DNA of 64,000 nucleotides, from assembly GCA_963681965.1 (NCBI GenBank), contig OY820579.1, positions 2,336,001 through 2,400,000 of the forward strand, in the 5' to 3' direction. The notes under the pieces are model-generated. The model did no database searches. It was given only the letters and a program-made list of their open reading frames with translations, and was not told the origin of the DNA. This document shows positions 1-9,407 of this stretch, piece after piece (position 1 is the stretch's first letter; every line of letters begins with the position of its first letter). The position numbers were made by a program, and so were the translations under genes. This DNA is from a bacterium (GTDB lineage: Bacteria > Electryoneota > JAOADG01).

Positions 1-1182
1 CTGACGTGGGAAGGTGCGCAATTTACCCATCCTGAAGTGATCGACCGGGAGCTGCTCAATCGTGCCGGTTCGAAATTCGACACGAATTTTGCGCGTGTGG
101 AATTCAATCGGTTTCGGAGTCTCGATATCTTCGCGGATGTTCAGCTCACTACCAGGACCGGTGTCGATACTGTTGCGGTCGTGTGGCAATTCAAAGAGAT
201 GCCGACACTGCTGATGCTGCCGGACATCGCCAGTGAACCGGATGGTGGAATTGCGGCGGGTGGATTGATTGCCGGAACGAATTTTCTCGGTCGCAATATC
301 CGGATCGCCGTCGAGGCGTTGTGGGGAAAGACGCGGAACTATCAGTATGAATTCGAACATCCGTGGTTCGGTAACAATCGGCACGCACTGCGAATCATGG
401 GCGGATATCACGAACAGCAGAATGAGGCGGAACACTTTTTCGAGAAATATTGGGACAGCGATATCTGGTTGGAACAGTGGACTACTCGCAGCAATCATTT
501 CGATCTAGGCGGTGGTTTTTTGCTGCTCGAGGGGGATGACAGCACAAAGACGCTGCGGGTTTCCGGGAAGGATCGCAACGGGTGGTTCGGGGTTCGTGGT
601 TCAATCGATCGCCGAAACGATATCAGTCACCCTTCGGCGGGACAGTTGCTGCAACTCGAGGGGAAACAGTACTTCGGCGATTCGCATTATACCGAGTTCA
701 CATTCGATGGACGCAGCTGGTTTCCATTTACTGACCGATTGTATTGGGCACAGAGCGTATTGTGTCAATTGCGAACGAATGTAAATGATTTTCCGGTGTA
801 TCAAACGTACCGGTTGGGCGGTTCGCAGACGATTCGCGGCAACTCGTTGAAAGATTTGGGGAAGTGGCAATTTGGTAAAAATGAAGTGATTGCTACTTCT
901 GAGCTGCGGTGGCGGTTTTTGCCGCGGGTAGTGGCGGAATCGATGGGATTTGCCTATCCATTCGGGGTGGAAGCGGCGCTGTTTGGTGATGCCGGAACGG
1001 CGTGGGATGCGACGACAATTTCGCAGCGACGGATTTCGGTGGGGGGAGGAGCGGGTTTGCGATTTCTCGTACCGGCGATCAAGGAAGTGCGGATCGATTA
1101 TGCGCGTGGGGAGGGGGGTAATTCTGCTTTCTCACTTACGATTGGTGTAAAAGAGAAGTATCAGCGGTACCGGATTCGCTGA
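1..1182 (+). CDS. Omp85/BamA-TamA family outer-membrane beta-barrel protein (5'-partial)
   Basis: Frame is open from base 1. POTRA-like end (..KEMP), NFLGRN, LGGSQTIRG (loop-6 motif), ALFGDAGTAW, GGGAGLRF..VRIDYA. Confidence 0.85.
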   Translation: MTWEGAQFTHPEVIDRELLNRAGSKFDTNFARVEFNRFRSLDIFADVQLTTRTGVDTVAVVWQFKEMPTLLMLPDIASEPDGGIAAGGLIAGTNFLGRNIRIAVEALWGKTRNYQYEFEHPWFGNNRHALRIMGGYHEQQNEAEHFFEKYWDSDIWLEQWTTRSNHFDLGGGFLLLEGDDSTKTLRVSGKDRNGWFGVRGSIDRRNDISHPSAGQLLQLEGKQYFGDSHYTEFTFDGRSWFPFTDRLYWAQSVLCQLRTNVNDFPVYQTYRLGGSQTIRGNSLKDLGKWQFGKNEVIATSELRWRFLPRVVAESMGFAYPFGVEAALFGDAGTAWDATTISQRRISVGGGAGLRFLVPAIKEVRIDYARGEGGNSAFSLTIGVKEKYQRYRIR

Positions 1183-1203
1183 CCGGTTCGGTTTTCGTCG
1201 GCG

Positions 1204-1232
1204 TTGAATGTTCGCCGTGAATTGTGTATACT
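1204..1232 (+). promoter_or_regulatory. Sigma70-type promoter of tRNA-Arg
   Basis: TTGAAT (1204-1209), 17-bp spacer, TATACT (1227-1232), about 18 nt upstream of the tRNA. Confidence 0.65.
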
Positions 1233-1249
1233 ATCATTGAATTTTTTTT

Positions 1250-1323
1250 GCGCCTATAGCTCAATCGGATAGAGCACAAGCCTTCTAAGCTTGGGGTTGT
1301 GGGTTCGAGTCCCGCTGGGCGCG
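1250..1323 (+). tRNA. tRNA-Arg(TCT), intact copy at attL; CCA not encoded
   Basis: Cloverleaf: acceptor GCGCCTA/TGGGCGC, D arm GCTC..GAGC, anticodon arm CAAGC-CTTCTAA-GCTTG, T arm GTGGG-TTCGAGT-CCCGC. Confidence 0.97.
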
Positions 1324-1324
1324 C
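1257..1324 (+). repeat. attL core (68 bp)
   Basis: TAGCTCAATCGG...GCTGGGCGCGC, identical to 31788-31855. Confidence 0.95.
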
Positions 1325-1335
1325 GGCTTACAGGA

Positions 1336-1363
1336 GGAGCTAACTCCTCGGAGCTAACGGTTA
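1336..1363 (+). promoter_or_regulatory. Candidate integrase arm-type sites, left (GGAGCTAAC x2)
   Basis: GGAGCTAAC at 1336-1344 and GGAGCTAACGGTTA at 1350-1363. The same motif recurs beside attR. Confidence 0.65.
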
Positions 1364-1386
1364 TTGGAAACTTTTCGGAGTCTCCA

Positions 1387-2457
1387 ATGGCAGTTTCTCT
1401 CTTTTTACGCAAGACCGGTATCTGGTATCTCAAGATCACCGAGGATCATAAAACCACCTGGAAAAGCACTGGTTCAAAAGACCATCTATCTGCTTGTAAG
1501 ATACTCAATGAGTATAAGCGAAAAGCCCCAATCACTATTCCCAAGCCGATAAACAAACCTAAATCGATATGTCAAATAGCTGATCAATCGTTGCTTTCAA
1601 CCTTCACTCAAGAGTGTCTGGATTGGTCTGCAGCGAATCATCGGCGAGGGACTACCGATATCTATCGCAAGACCTTCGCGAATTTTTTGCGGATTGTTGG
1701 GGATGTTCCGTTATCAACAATCACTCTGCGTGTTATTGATCGCTTCAAAGCGATCCGAAGCCGCGAAGTGAAAGCGGTAACCTTGAATGTCGAATTACGG
1801 ACGATCCGCAGTGCCTTGCATCAGGCGAAGAAATGGGGTCTAATTTCGGAAGTACCGATTACCGGGAAAAATTTACTCAAAGTACCATCCGATACGATTG
1901 CACTGTCAGAGAGTGAAGTAAAACAGCTTCTGGATTCGATACAAGAGCCGTGGTTGCGTTCAATAGTACTGGTGGCAGTTTATACTGGTTTACGGAGAAA
2001 CGAGCTTTGTCGACTAACGTGGAGCGATTTTGACGAAGTCAGAGGATTATTGACAGTTCACGAATCGAAAGCGGGGAAAGCGCGGTGTATTCCGGTATCC
2101 GAGGGGGTAACCCAAATCCTGGTTAGTATACCGAAAACGGGTGACAGGATTTTCACTTTGGATGGGAAACAGCCGGTGCAAGGTTCTTGGGTATCGCATC
2201 TGTTCAAGCGGTATTGCCGGAAGTTGGGATTATCCGAGAAGATCCATTTCCACACACTCAGGCATACTTGTGCATCAATCATGGTGCGGAATGGCGTGAG
2301 TCTATTCCATACCAGTAAGGTGCTTGGTCATTCGTCGGTAGTCGTTACCGAGAAATTTTATGCACACATGGGAGTCGAGGATTTGCGGGGTGCAGTGAAT
2401 GTGGTGGGTCAATTGCTCCAATCGAATCATAGGAATGGGAATCGATTGGTGGCGTGA
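1387..2457 (+). CDS. Tyrosine integrase (Int1) with N-terminal arm-binding-like domain
   Basis: ATG 1387 after GGAG. TGLRRNE (R), HFHTLRH (HxxR), LGHSS, FYAH (Y). N-terminal WYLKITEDHKTTWKSTG resembles a three-stranded arm-binding domain. Adjacent to attL. Confidence 0.93.
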   Translation: MAVSLFLRKTGIWYLKITEDHKTTWKSTGSKDHLSACKILNEYKRKAPITIPKPINKPKSICQIADQSLLSTFTQECLDWSAANHRRGTTDIYRKTFANFLRIVGDVPLSTITLRVIDRFKAIRSREVKAVTLNVELRTIRSALHQAKKWGLISEVPITGKNLLKVPSDTIALSESEVKQLLDSIQEPWLRSIVLVAVYTGLRRNELCRLTWSDFDEVRGLLTVHESKAGKARCIPVSEGVTQILVSIPKTGDRIFTLDGKQPVQGSWVSHLFKRYCRKLGLSEKIHFHTLRHTCASIMVRNGVSLFHTSKVLGHSSVVVTEKFYAHMGVEDLRGAVNVVGQLLQSNHRNGNRLVA

Positions 2458-2543
2458 GGATAATCTGCGTCGAGACAATGTGGAACGAGTGATACAACCC
2501 GGAATTTGTATTGGGTGCTTTATCGAACCCTGACCCTAAATAT

Positions 2544-2912
2544 TCACGAATAACGGGGCTTCCGGGGCAAGGGCGAGAAGGTAATTACTCTTCCGCCAAC
2601 AATATAATATAACACTTTTTTCACATTGTCTTCAATCGTTCGAGCGGCAATATTCGGCAGCAACCAAGTCGGTAATGTCTCTTTCAACCGGTAAATCTGC
2701 CAGTAATCGACAAGAATGATTTGCTTCAACTCATAGATCAACCAGTCGGGACAATCGCATTTGCCGCGCTCGATCACACTGATGAATTGCTGGGTGACTT
2801 GCAGTCGCGAAGCTAGTTCTTTTTGTGTATAGTTACTTCGTTTCCGTGACTCGCGAATGATATTACCGATTTCGACACGGATGTCGATGGGGCTGTTTTC
2901 TACTTGATCCAT
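2544..2912 (-). CDS. XRE/Cro-family helix-turn-helix regulator
   Basis: AGGAGG then ATG 2912. IGNIIRESRKRSNYTQKELASRLQVTQQFISVIERG is a classic HTH_3 pattern. Confidence 0.85.
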   Translation of the reverse strand: MDQVENSPIDIRVEIGNIIRESRKRSNYTQKELASRLQVTQQFISVIERGKCDCPDWLIYELKQIILVDYWQIYRLKETLPTWLLPNIAARTIEDNVKKVLYYIVGGRVITFSPLPRKPRYS

Positions 2913-2943
2913 TGTTCCTCCTATTTCAAGAGTTCTAGAATGC

Positions 2944-3157
2944 TTCCGAACCTGCCGAACCTGTTTACCAGTCTGTGATATATTTTTTATATGTGAGTAT
3001 GTGTACATGTACATGTTATCACATATTTATTTTCCTTCCTTAAGGGGTGAATGAGGTTCGGCATGTCCGGCAGAAAACCGTTAAGCCCCTTAAATAGCCG
3101 TTTCCAGCTGCCGAACATCGATTATGTGAGGTTCGGCAATCGATCGAATGTCCGGCA
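2944..3157. repeat. Iteron-like repeat cluster, candidate replication origin of the island
   Basis: CCGAACCT tandem at 2944-2962. TGAGGTTCGGCA at 3052-3063 and 3127-3138. TGCCGAACA at 3109. ATGTCCGGCA at 3063-3072 and 3148-3157. AT-rich spacer. Lies directly downstream of the primase-helicase gene. Confidence 0.6.
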
Positions 3158-3201
3158 AAATCGACGAATGAAATTCATACTTTGCGATACTTTCCTAAAC
3201 C

Positions 3202-5856
3202 TCAATAAGTCTTTCGATCTTCTATATTGTTCTTATCACGCAATCGATACAATCGACATTTTCCGCGTGAAATGCTGTTATCGTGTACAATCTCGATTTG
3301 AAGATTTCCAAACAAGCGCCCTTTAATACGGTTCAGCGCTTTTCCGAGACGCGTCTGATTCGAGTGATCGGAATCTTCACCCAAGATTGAAGACAGTAGC
3401 ATTTTTCGATTACAAAGATCGAGTAATTGTTTGGTCTGAACAGGATCGCTTTTGAACTCATTCCACCAACTTTCGGTAAATTCCAGATACATCTCGGTAT
3501 CCATACTCAGCTCGTGAAATACTTCATTGCAATTACTCATGAAACCGGATATCGATACGGCATCGAAGACGCCACCAATCGTTTTCGCCCATTGTTCGAA
3601 CGACCCCAGTACTTGTTTCCCATCAGGTTTTCCAGTGTCAAGCCAAGAACGAATCAATACTAGGATAGCAGTGACCAACTCTCGACGATTGTCCATCGCC
3701 CAAAGCTCTATTTCAGAATGTTTGAAATCGGTTCGTTTCCACGGTTGACTGTCAACCGGTGTGATGCGGCACCGGATTATTCGCCGTGACAATTCTTCAG
3801 CTACATGGATGTTATTCGCAGTAATGATTATTATCATTCGATTGGGTAGGGATATTATTTCCGATCTACCGAGTAATCGCCCTGAATAATTCGTGCTAGT
3901 CAAGATTAGTGCTAACCCATCGGAATTTAGTTTTCGGTATTCTGGGAAGTTGTCGAATAATAGAATCGATGTATTTTGAATGAGTTCGGCAAGAATCATT
4001 TTCTTCAATTCATCATTATTTTCTGGAAAGGCGCGAGGCGAAATACGCTTTCCCGTCGCGATGATCGAGACGACATCACACAATTTACTTTTTCCACTTC
4101 CTGCAATCGAAGCATCGATGAGGTGGAGCGGAGTACATCCGTTAATCAAATGTCTCACAAATGGCAAGATCAACAGTGCAATAGCAGTCGAACAATCGGC
4201 ATCACGGTGTTCGAAAGGAAAATTGACCAATAAATCATCGGTGAATAGTCGCTTTGCTGCCTCGATTTCTTCCTTCGTGGGGTGCTCAGGAACTTCGATA
4301 TTCGCCAATTCATCAGGTAAGTCGAGGTAAATTCTTGAATCGGAATCATAACCGGATTGACTAAGTAATATCCCATCGCTTCTGAAGATCGGGATTCGCA
4401 CAATTGTGTCTAGTACCGGGATACGTGGATCGATCCGGGTGAGCATATCTTTCACTAAATAATCGGATGGTCTGCTCGCGCGACGTTCATTATTCTCGAC
4501 TTTAACCCAATTGGCACATCGATACAGATGACTATAGAGTTCGTTTATCCCTATCGGGTGAGTCGTAAGATGTGATTCCGACGAGCTTATTTTTAACTCG
4601 ATTAGTTGTTGACCGAACACAAATATTCTGGGTGGATCGTTTTGAGCAATAATGGCATCCCACGCATCTGCGATGACTTCCGGCAACTGTCGGTTATTGA
4701 CGATAATCGATGGCAATTGATTGTCTTGATCGGTCTCAGGTAACTGTCCGGTTGCTGGGAGAGGCACTCCAGTCTTGTCCGCTACCCGGCGGCAGGCATC
4801 GATAAAACTCTTTGCTACTCCTCGTTTGATCAGGAAATCGAAAACCGATATCGTTTGACCACTGCGAAATGAATGAAACTTACCTTTCTCAGCAGCGCCT
4901 TCGCCCGACGCGACACTAGCGGAGGGGTGACGATCACCCGATGATGAATCGGGATCGCGGCATTCCAACCAACCACCCATACTCGTTCGACCGGTTAAGA
5001 ATTCACCATATACCTCATTCAGGTCTAGTTTACCTAAAGCATGTTGACGCCATTCCGAATAGTCGTTCGGAGTTTGAGTAGATACTTCCGTCGATTCGCC
5101 ATCGGACTTCGATTTTTGTAGCATTGTAGAATTTCGATCGAGGTGTTTGATTGCTTGTTGCACTTTTTCGACTGAGATCGTTTCGAAAAGTTCCGGTTCG
5201 TACTCTTCGAACCCGTAGTCATCGTCTAGTTTGTAGAAACGGTTGCAACCGGGCTTTGCATCATACCACAATGGCAGCCAGACGGCATTTCCGCAACCAT
5301 TATTGCTGATCCGTTCGGTTTTAGGAAAGACCTCAATACCACGATTATCGCCGGGACTTGCATACCCGCCGTTTTCGAGTTGCTGATTGGGTGGACATAA
5401 TAGAAACCCAAGCCGACGTGCATCCTTCGCAATAATTGATTCTTCGAAAAAGAGCCAGAGATGATAACCGTGACCTCGCCCTGAACGCTCGATGAAACAG
5501 GGTAAGGACACGCTAAGAGCTGTTTCATAAGCCGCTTTCACGGCACTTTCAGGATCACGCAAAGCGTCTTTATGTTCGGGTCCACCATCGAAATCGAGAC
5601 AGAGCCATTTTGTCAAACCTTCGTTGTTAGGAGAGTAAGTCGCGAGTCGAAAACAACCGGTTTTCTGATGAGTTCCTCGGTCATTTGTGATTTCTACAGT
5701 ACTATGATACAGTTTATTCCCGGTTATATGACCTAATATCAGTTGATCCAAGTACCCATTCACATGAATCGGATGGGGATTTTTTCCAACCATGATGGCA
5801 ATTTTATCAGTTCGATTGAAGAACGCATTTCGGATCATTTCGACATTTTGATTCAT
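3202..5856 (-). CDS. AEP (TOTE-like) primase-polymerase fused to an SF3-type helicase
   Basis: WLCLDFD (DxD), ERSGRGHGYHLWLFF, EVFP..GNAVWLPL. Central Zn-finger-like region. Walker A AGSGKS, Walker B ILLFDN, sensor IITANN. Confidence 0.85.
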   Translation of the reverse strand: MNQNVEMIRNAFFNRTDKIAIMVGKNPHPIHVNGYLDQLILGHITGNKLYHSTVEITNDRGTHQKTGCFRLATYSPNNEGLTKWLCLDFDGGPEHKDALRDPESAVKAAYETALSVSLPCFIERSGRGHGYHLWLFFEESIIAKDARRLGFLLCPPNQQLENGGYASPGDNRGIEVFPKTERISNNGCGNAVWLPLWYDAKPGCNRFYKLDDDYGFEEYEPELFETISVEKVQQAIKHLDRNSTMLQKSKSDGESTEVSTQTPNDYSEWRQHALGKLDLNEVYGEFLTGRTSMGGWLECRDPDSSSGDRHPSASVASGEGAAEKGKFHSFRSGQTISVFDFLIKRGVAKSFIDACRRVADKTGVPLPATGQLPETDQDNQLPSIIVNNRQLPEVIADAWDAIIAQNDPPRIFVFGQQLIELKISSSESHLTTHPIGINELYSHLYRCANWVKVENNERRASRPSDYLVKDMLTRIDPRIPVLDTIVRIPIFRSDGILLSQSGYDSDSRIYLDLPDELANIEVPEHPTKEEIEAAKRLFTDDLLVNFPFEHRDADCSTAIALLILPFVRHLINGCTPLHLIDASIAGSGKSKLCDVVSIIATGKRISPRAFPENNDELKKMILAELIQNTSILLFDNFPEYRKLNSDGLALILTSTNYSGRLLGRSEIISLPNRMIIIITANNIHVAEELSRRIIRCRITPVDSQPWKRTDFKHSEIELWAMDNRRELVTAILVLIRSWLDTGKPDGKQVLGSFEQWAKTIGGVFDAVSISGFMSNCNEVFHELSMDTEMYLEFTESWWNEFKSDPVQTKQLLDLCNRKMLLSSILGEDSDHSNQTRLGKALNRIKGRLFGNLQIEIVHDNSISRGKCRLYRLRDKNNIEDRKTY

Positions 5857-6842
5857 CTTTCACCTCGCAATCCTATCCGGGTCGGTGGAACAATATTCAT
5901 CATGTTTGGTCGTTGTAGTGACGGTCGGCTTCCTAGTTGTCGATCGATGATCTCAACTGCGCCGCGAAGATCTTCCACTGAGATATGGGCATAAAACTTT
6001 TCAGTGACTACAACCGAGGAGTGTCCCAATACTTTCGAGGCGTGATACAAACTGACTCCATTCGCAACCATGATACTGGCGCAGGTGTGTCGCAATGTGT
6101 GGAAGTGGATCTTTTCGGATAACCCGAGTTTTCGACAGTAGCGTTTGAACAGGTGAGTCACCCAGGAGCTACCGATCATGTGCTCACGATCGATTGAGAA
6201 GATGTATTGTGAAGTATGGGGTAATTGCTCCAACACTACGCACACTGACTCGGAAACGGGGATACAACGCGACTTACCTGCTTTGGACTCGTGGACGGTG
6301 AATAGTCCTCGGACATCGTCGTAATCGTTCCAAGTCAACCGACAGATCTCGTTGCGGCGAAGACCGGTGTGAACCGCGAGTAGCACCATCGCTTTGAACC
6401 ACGGTTCCTGAATCGCTTCGAGTAACCGATTGACTTCAATCTCAGATAATGCAACCGTGTCGCTGGGAACCTTGATCAAATGCTTTCCACTGATCGGTAC
6501 TTTGTTGATCAACTCCCAACGCTTCGCTTGATTCAACGCACTCCGAATTGCCCGAAGTTCGACATTCACCGATACCGGTTTGACGCTGGTCAATCGCGCT
6601 GCTTTGTATTGCTCGATCAATCGCTCGGTGATCTTGACGATGGGAATGTCACCAAAGATATCAATCAGATTCCGAAAGGTATTCCGGTAGATTGTTGTTG
6701 TGCCGGGTCGATGATTCGAGCGCGACCACGACAAGCACTCGCATATAAAGGAAGAAAGAGTAACCGACTCAATTGTGCTGATAACTGAACCACTGTGTCG
6801 CTTTTTTCGACGTTGCGAATAATTAAATATTGTTTCGTTCAT
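5853..6842 (-). CDS. Tyrosine recombinase (Int2), paralog of Int1 lacking the arm-binding N-terminus
   Basis: TGLRRNE, HFHTLRH, LGHSS and FYAH all intact. Colinear with the Int1 core. Stop overlaps the primase start (ATGA). Confidence 0.92.
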   Translation of the reverse strand: MNETIFNYSQRRKKRHSGSVISTIESVTLSSFICECLSWSRSNHRPGTTTIYRNTFRNLIDIFGDIPIVKITERLIEQYKAARLTSVKPVSVNVELRAIRSALNQAKRWELINKVPISGKHLIKVPSDTVALSEIEVNRLLEAIQEPWFKAMVLLAVHTGLRRNEICRLTWNDYDDVRGLFTVHESKAGKSRCIPVSESVCVVLEQLPHTSQYIFSIDREHMIGSSWVTHLFKRYCRKLGLSEKIHFHTLRHTCASIMVANGVSLYHASKVLGHSSVVVTEKFYAHISVEDLRGAVEIIDRQLGSRPSLQRPNMMNIVPPTRIGLRGER

Positions 6843-7008
6843 TGCACTCCACCTTACGTATTTTTAACGAAAAGTAGAGCATCACATTGTATATTGATAG
6901 GTGTGGAAAAATTCTAGGTAGGATTTTAAGGTTATGATAATAGTAATGATACAACGACTGGAGGAGTGGAAATTCCTCGCCTCGATATTTTAATCGATGA
7001 AAAATGAA

Positions 7009-8172
7009 CTATGAAGATTCGCGAGCTTTTCCCAAGCAATCTTTTGAATAGAGTACAGCTTGATCGATGTCAGATATCAAATTTTGAATTTGGCTTCTGG
7101 AAAGATACAATCGGAATTCTACTGAATCCCGATTCAACCTTACTCGATCGAACAATCTAGTCTTTATTTTAGCTGAAAGATCTTTCAGCAATCGGCTCCA
7201 ATAAGTCTGAAGGCGCTTATGAACCTCCACAGACCTTGTACTCGGCAACTTGATCCAACCTTTATTATGCCACTCAATCAAGCGATCCGATAACTCTTGC
7301 TCAGTAACGAAAAGATAGGAGTGCGTTCCACTACCGCATTCTTTACCATTGAATAATGCAAATAGAAAGAACAATTGAATACGCCCTAGTTGCATTGTGT
7401 GTGGCTGTATCGCCTTGCCGATTAATTCACACGCAAACCCTTTAACAATTTTGTGACCCGGAAAACGTCTTAAGATTAGCTCTGCCTCGTCGGAAATCTG
7501 AATTTGATCTAATGATGAGAGTACCGATCCAAGGTCGATTGATGGATATGGTTCACATAACAGATCCATTATCCGATAGACATAGACTGCCGATTTCGCT
7601 AGATTCGATCGATCCATTATATCGATAGTTGGTGATTCATTACAAAGAACTAGATAGGGATTGTGTCTACTAGCAATGTCTAACAAGCGATGGAATCGAT
7701 CGGTGAAAGACAAATGGTCGGTATTTGTTGCAAAGCAAATCGAAACACAAAAAGTTGAGTACGACGTCTCAGCAAACTTATATATATCGGTCACCACCTC
7801 ATTTTGTTTGCTATCGACGCATTCCCACTGATTCTCGCTAGCGAGCCATTTCAGAAAATGGAATCGTGAAAATCGGAACTGACGAATCGATTCAGACGGG
7901 ATTGATCGAGATTCCACGCTTCCATACGGACAAACCAATAATGACTGAACGTCACTGCGATAATAGATCTTCAGAAGGCATTCATCGCACTCACAGGGTT
8001 CCAGACAAGGGAGTTCTTCTTGTGGTTGGATTTCCTGAATCAACCCCAACGCCAATAGCGACGCGATGCAATCCGTTTCGCCCCATTCCTCGAAATTGAA
8101 ACCGGTGATCGTATCGATATCGCAACCGTGAGTCGTTTTAAGAATGCGATCAATGAGAGTGTTCGAAAACAA
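7009..8172 (-). CDS. Hypothetical protein with Cys cluster (possible Zn ribbon)
   Basis: 387-aa ORF overlapping the upstream gene. PCLEPCECDEC...VCP. The start codon is uncertain. Confidence 0.7.
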   Translation of the reverse strand: MFSNTLIDRILKTTHGCDIDTITGFNFEEWGETDCIASLLALGLIQEIQPQEELPCLEPCECDECLLKIYYRSDVQSLLVCPYGSVESRSIPSESIRQFRFSRFHFLKWLASENQWECVDSKQNEVVTDIYKFAETSYSTFCVSICFATNTDHLSFTDRFHRLLDIASRHNPYLVLCNESPTIDIMDRSNLAKSAVYVYRIMDLLCEPYPSIDLGSVLSSLDQIQISDEAELILRRFPGHKIVKGFACELIGKAIQPHTMQLGRIQLFFLFALFNGKECGSGTHSYLFVTEQELSDRLIEWHNKGWIKLPSTRSVEVHKRLQTYWSRLLKDLSAKIKTRLFDRVRLNRDSVEFRLYLSRSQIQNLISDIDQAVLYSKDCLGKARESS

Positions 8173-9301
8173 AGTGATTCCTCTTGAGGTGTTCCATGAT
8201 GCGATTTTGTAGATAGCGTCGATCGAATTTAGCGGACGATGGCGGCTTAATCGTCACATCTTTCTTTTTCTCTTTCCCTTGCCAGTAAAAGGAAAATCTC
8301 AGTGTCACCGACCTAATAGCGAGTTTCTTTGGATCGAAATCAGGATGAGAGGCTTGCAGATACTTCAACAAATCGAAAAATCGAAAGGTTGCCGATACCG
8401 ATCCGCGCTTGCCATCCGAGAAGACAATCTCAGTTACCTTAACACCTCTGCAATCGCGATCCCACTGATAGTTGAATTCGAAGTCAAAGCCCTGCTCAAT
8501 GATTGGGTCTAACGTGTAATTAAGCTCTAATGACTTTTTATCCAACCATTCGTCATTTACGATATGGTGAGCAAACAAAGTCGCAAGTGTTTTCTTCTCC
8601 TTCGCTGTCCGCGCATTCACCAATATTTTCGCTTGTTCAGGTTGGAAGCATAAATAATCGAGCTTGGCTTCGCGTAGGATCTTGCTATTCACATCGTTTT
8701 TTTCGACAACCTGAACGCTATTTTTCGCTTTACCGTGAAGAATCAGAAAATGGAAACCGTTCGCATCTTGATATTGACGGACTTTACAGAAAGCACCTTG
8801 GAGTCTTCCGTTATAAAATGACTTCAGAGCAGATTCGTATAAAGTCACTTTCTCAGGATCTGGGATTATCGAAATAGTTTTATTTCCATTGTATTCACCG
8901 GAAAATTGTGCGATCTGTAGTTGAAGACGATCCACACACACTTCGAAAACTTCGTGATACTGAAGATAAGCAACCATTGCTATTTCGGCACGAGTCGGTT
9001 GTTTTTGTTCCTGTGCCAAATAGATCGCTCGGATTGGAGACTTCAAATCGTTGGATACCTCCATTAAGGTCTCGAACCCTTCTTCGCTGGCTAAATCGGA
9101 GATCATCAGTAGATTGTAAATGAGTTTATCGGATAAGAACTCATAGTTTTCCAACAATGCTTCAAACAGCTCCTTACTAGATAATTCGCTTAGCTTCAAC
9201 CCTTCCGTTTCTGGGAATTGCGAAAAGAACTGCTTCAATATTGGTTGTGATATTCCATCGAGAACGCGCTGGTTGATAAAGTAATTGACATTCTTACGCA
9301 T
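8150..9301 (-). CDS. Hypothetical protein resembling an uncharacterised family found in integrative elements
   Basis: AGGAG then ATG 9301. Motifs FLILHG, LDYLCFQP..ILVNART, YTLDPI, VTIKPPSSAKFDR recalled from mobile-element hypotheticals (not verified). Confidence 0.75.
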   Translation of the reverse strand: MRKNVNYFINQRVLDGISQPILKQFFSQFPETEGLKLSELSSKELFEALLENYEFLSDKLIYNLLMISDLASEEGFETLMEVSNDLKSPIRAIYLAQEQKQPTRAEIAMVAYLQYHEVFEVCVDRLQLQIAQFSGEYNGNKTISIIPDPEKVTLYESALKSFYNGRLQGAFCKVRQYQDANGFHFLILHGKAKNSVQVVEKNDVNSKILREAKLDYLCFQPEQAKILVNARTAKEKKTLATLFAHHIVNDEWLDKKSLELNYTLDPIIEQGFDFEFNYQWDRDCRGVKVTEIVFSDGKRGSVSATFRFFDLLKYLQASHPDFDPKKLAIRSVTLRFSFYWQGKEKKKDVTIKPPSSAKFDRRYLQNRIMEHLKRNHFVFEHSH

Positions 9302-9348
9302 CGTCAATCTCCTTTGAATAAGGATCGTTGCAACTAACCTATTCCCCA

Positions 9349-9384
9349 TAAAACAAGCAACCGCCCCACCTTCCGGTAGGGCGG
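9349..9384 (-). terminator. Probable intrinsic terminator after the 1527-aa secreted protein gene
   Basis: Minus strand reads CCGCCCTACC-GGAA-GGTGGGGCGG followed by TTGCTTGTTTT. Confidence 0.65.
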
Positions 9385-9407
9385 CTTGAAATTCGCAATT
9401 AATTGAA

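Noticed and set aside
1291-1386. N-terminal extension of Int1 in the ORF track
   Set aside because: Starts inside the tRNA. ATG 1387 has an RBS and gives a normal integrase N-terminus.
2944-3157. CRISPR array here or elsewhere
   Set aside because: Repeats are short, irregularly spaced and in mixed orientation. No cas genes or repeat-spacer periodicity in the window.
9329-9349. MGNRLVA upstream of gene 8150-9301 resembles the Int1 C-terminus (NGNRLVA)
   Set aside because: Six residues with poor DNA identity and no flanking similarity. Likely chance.
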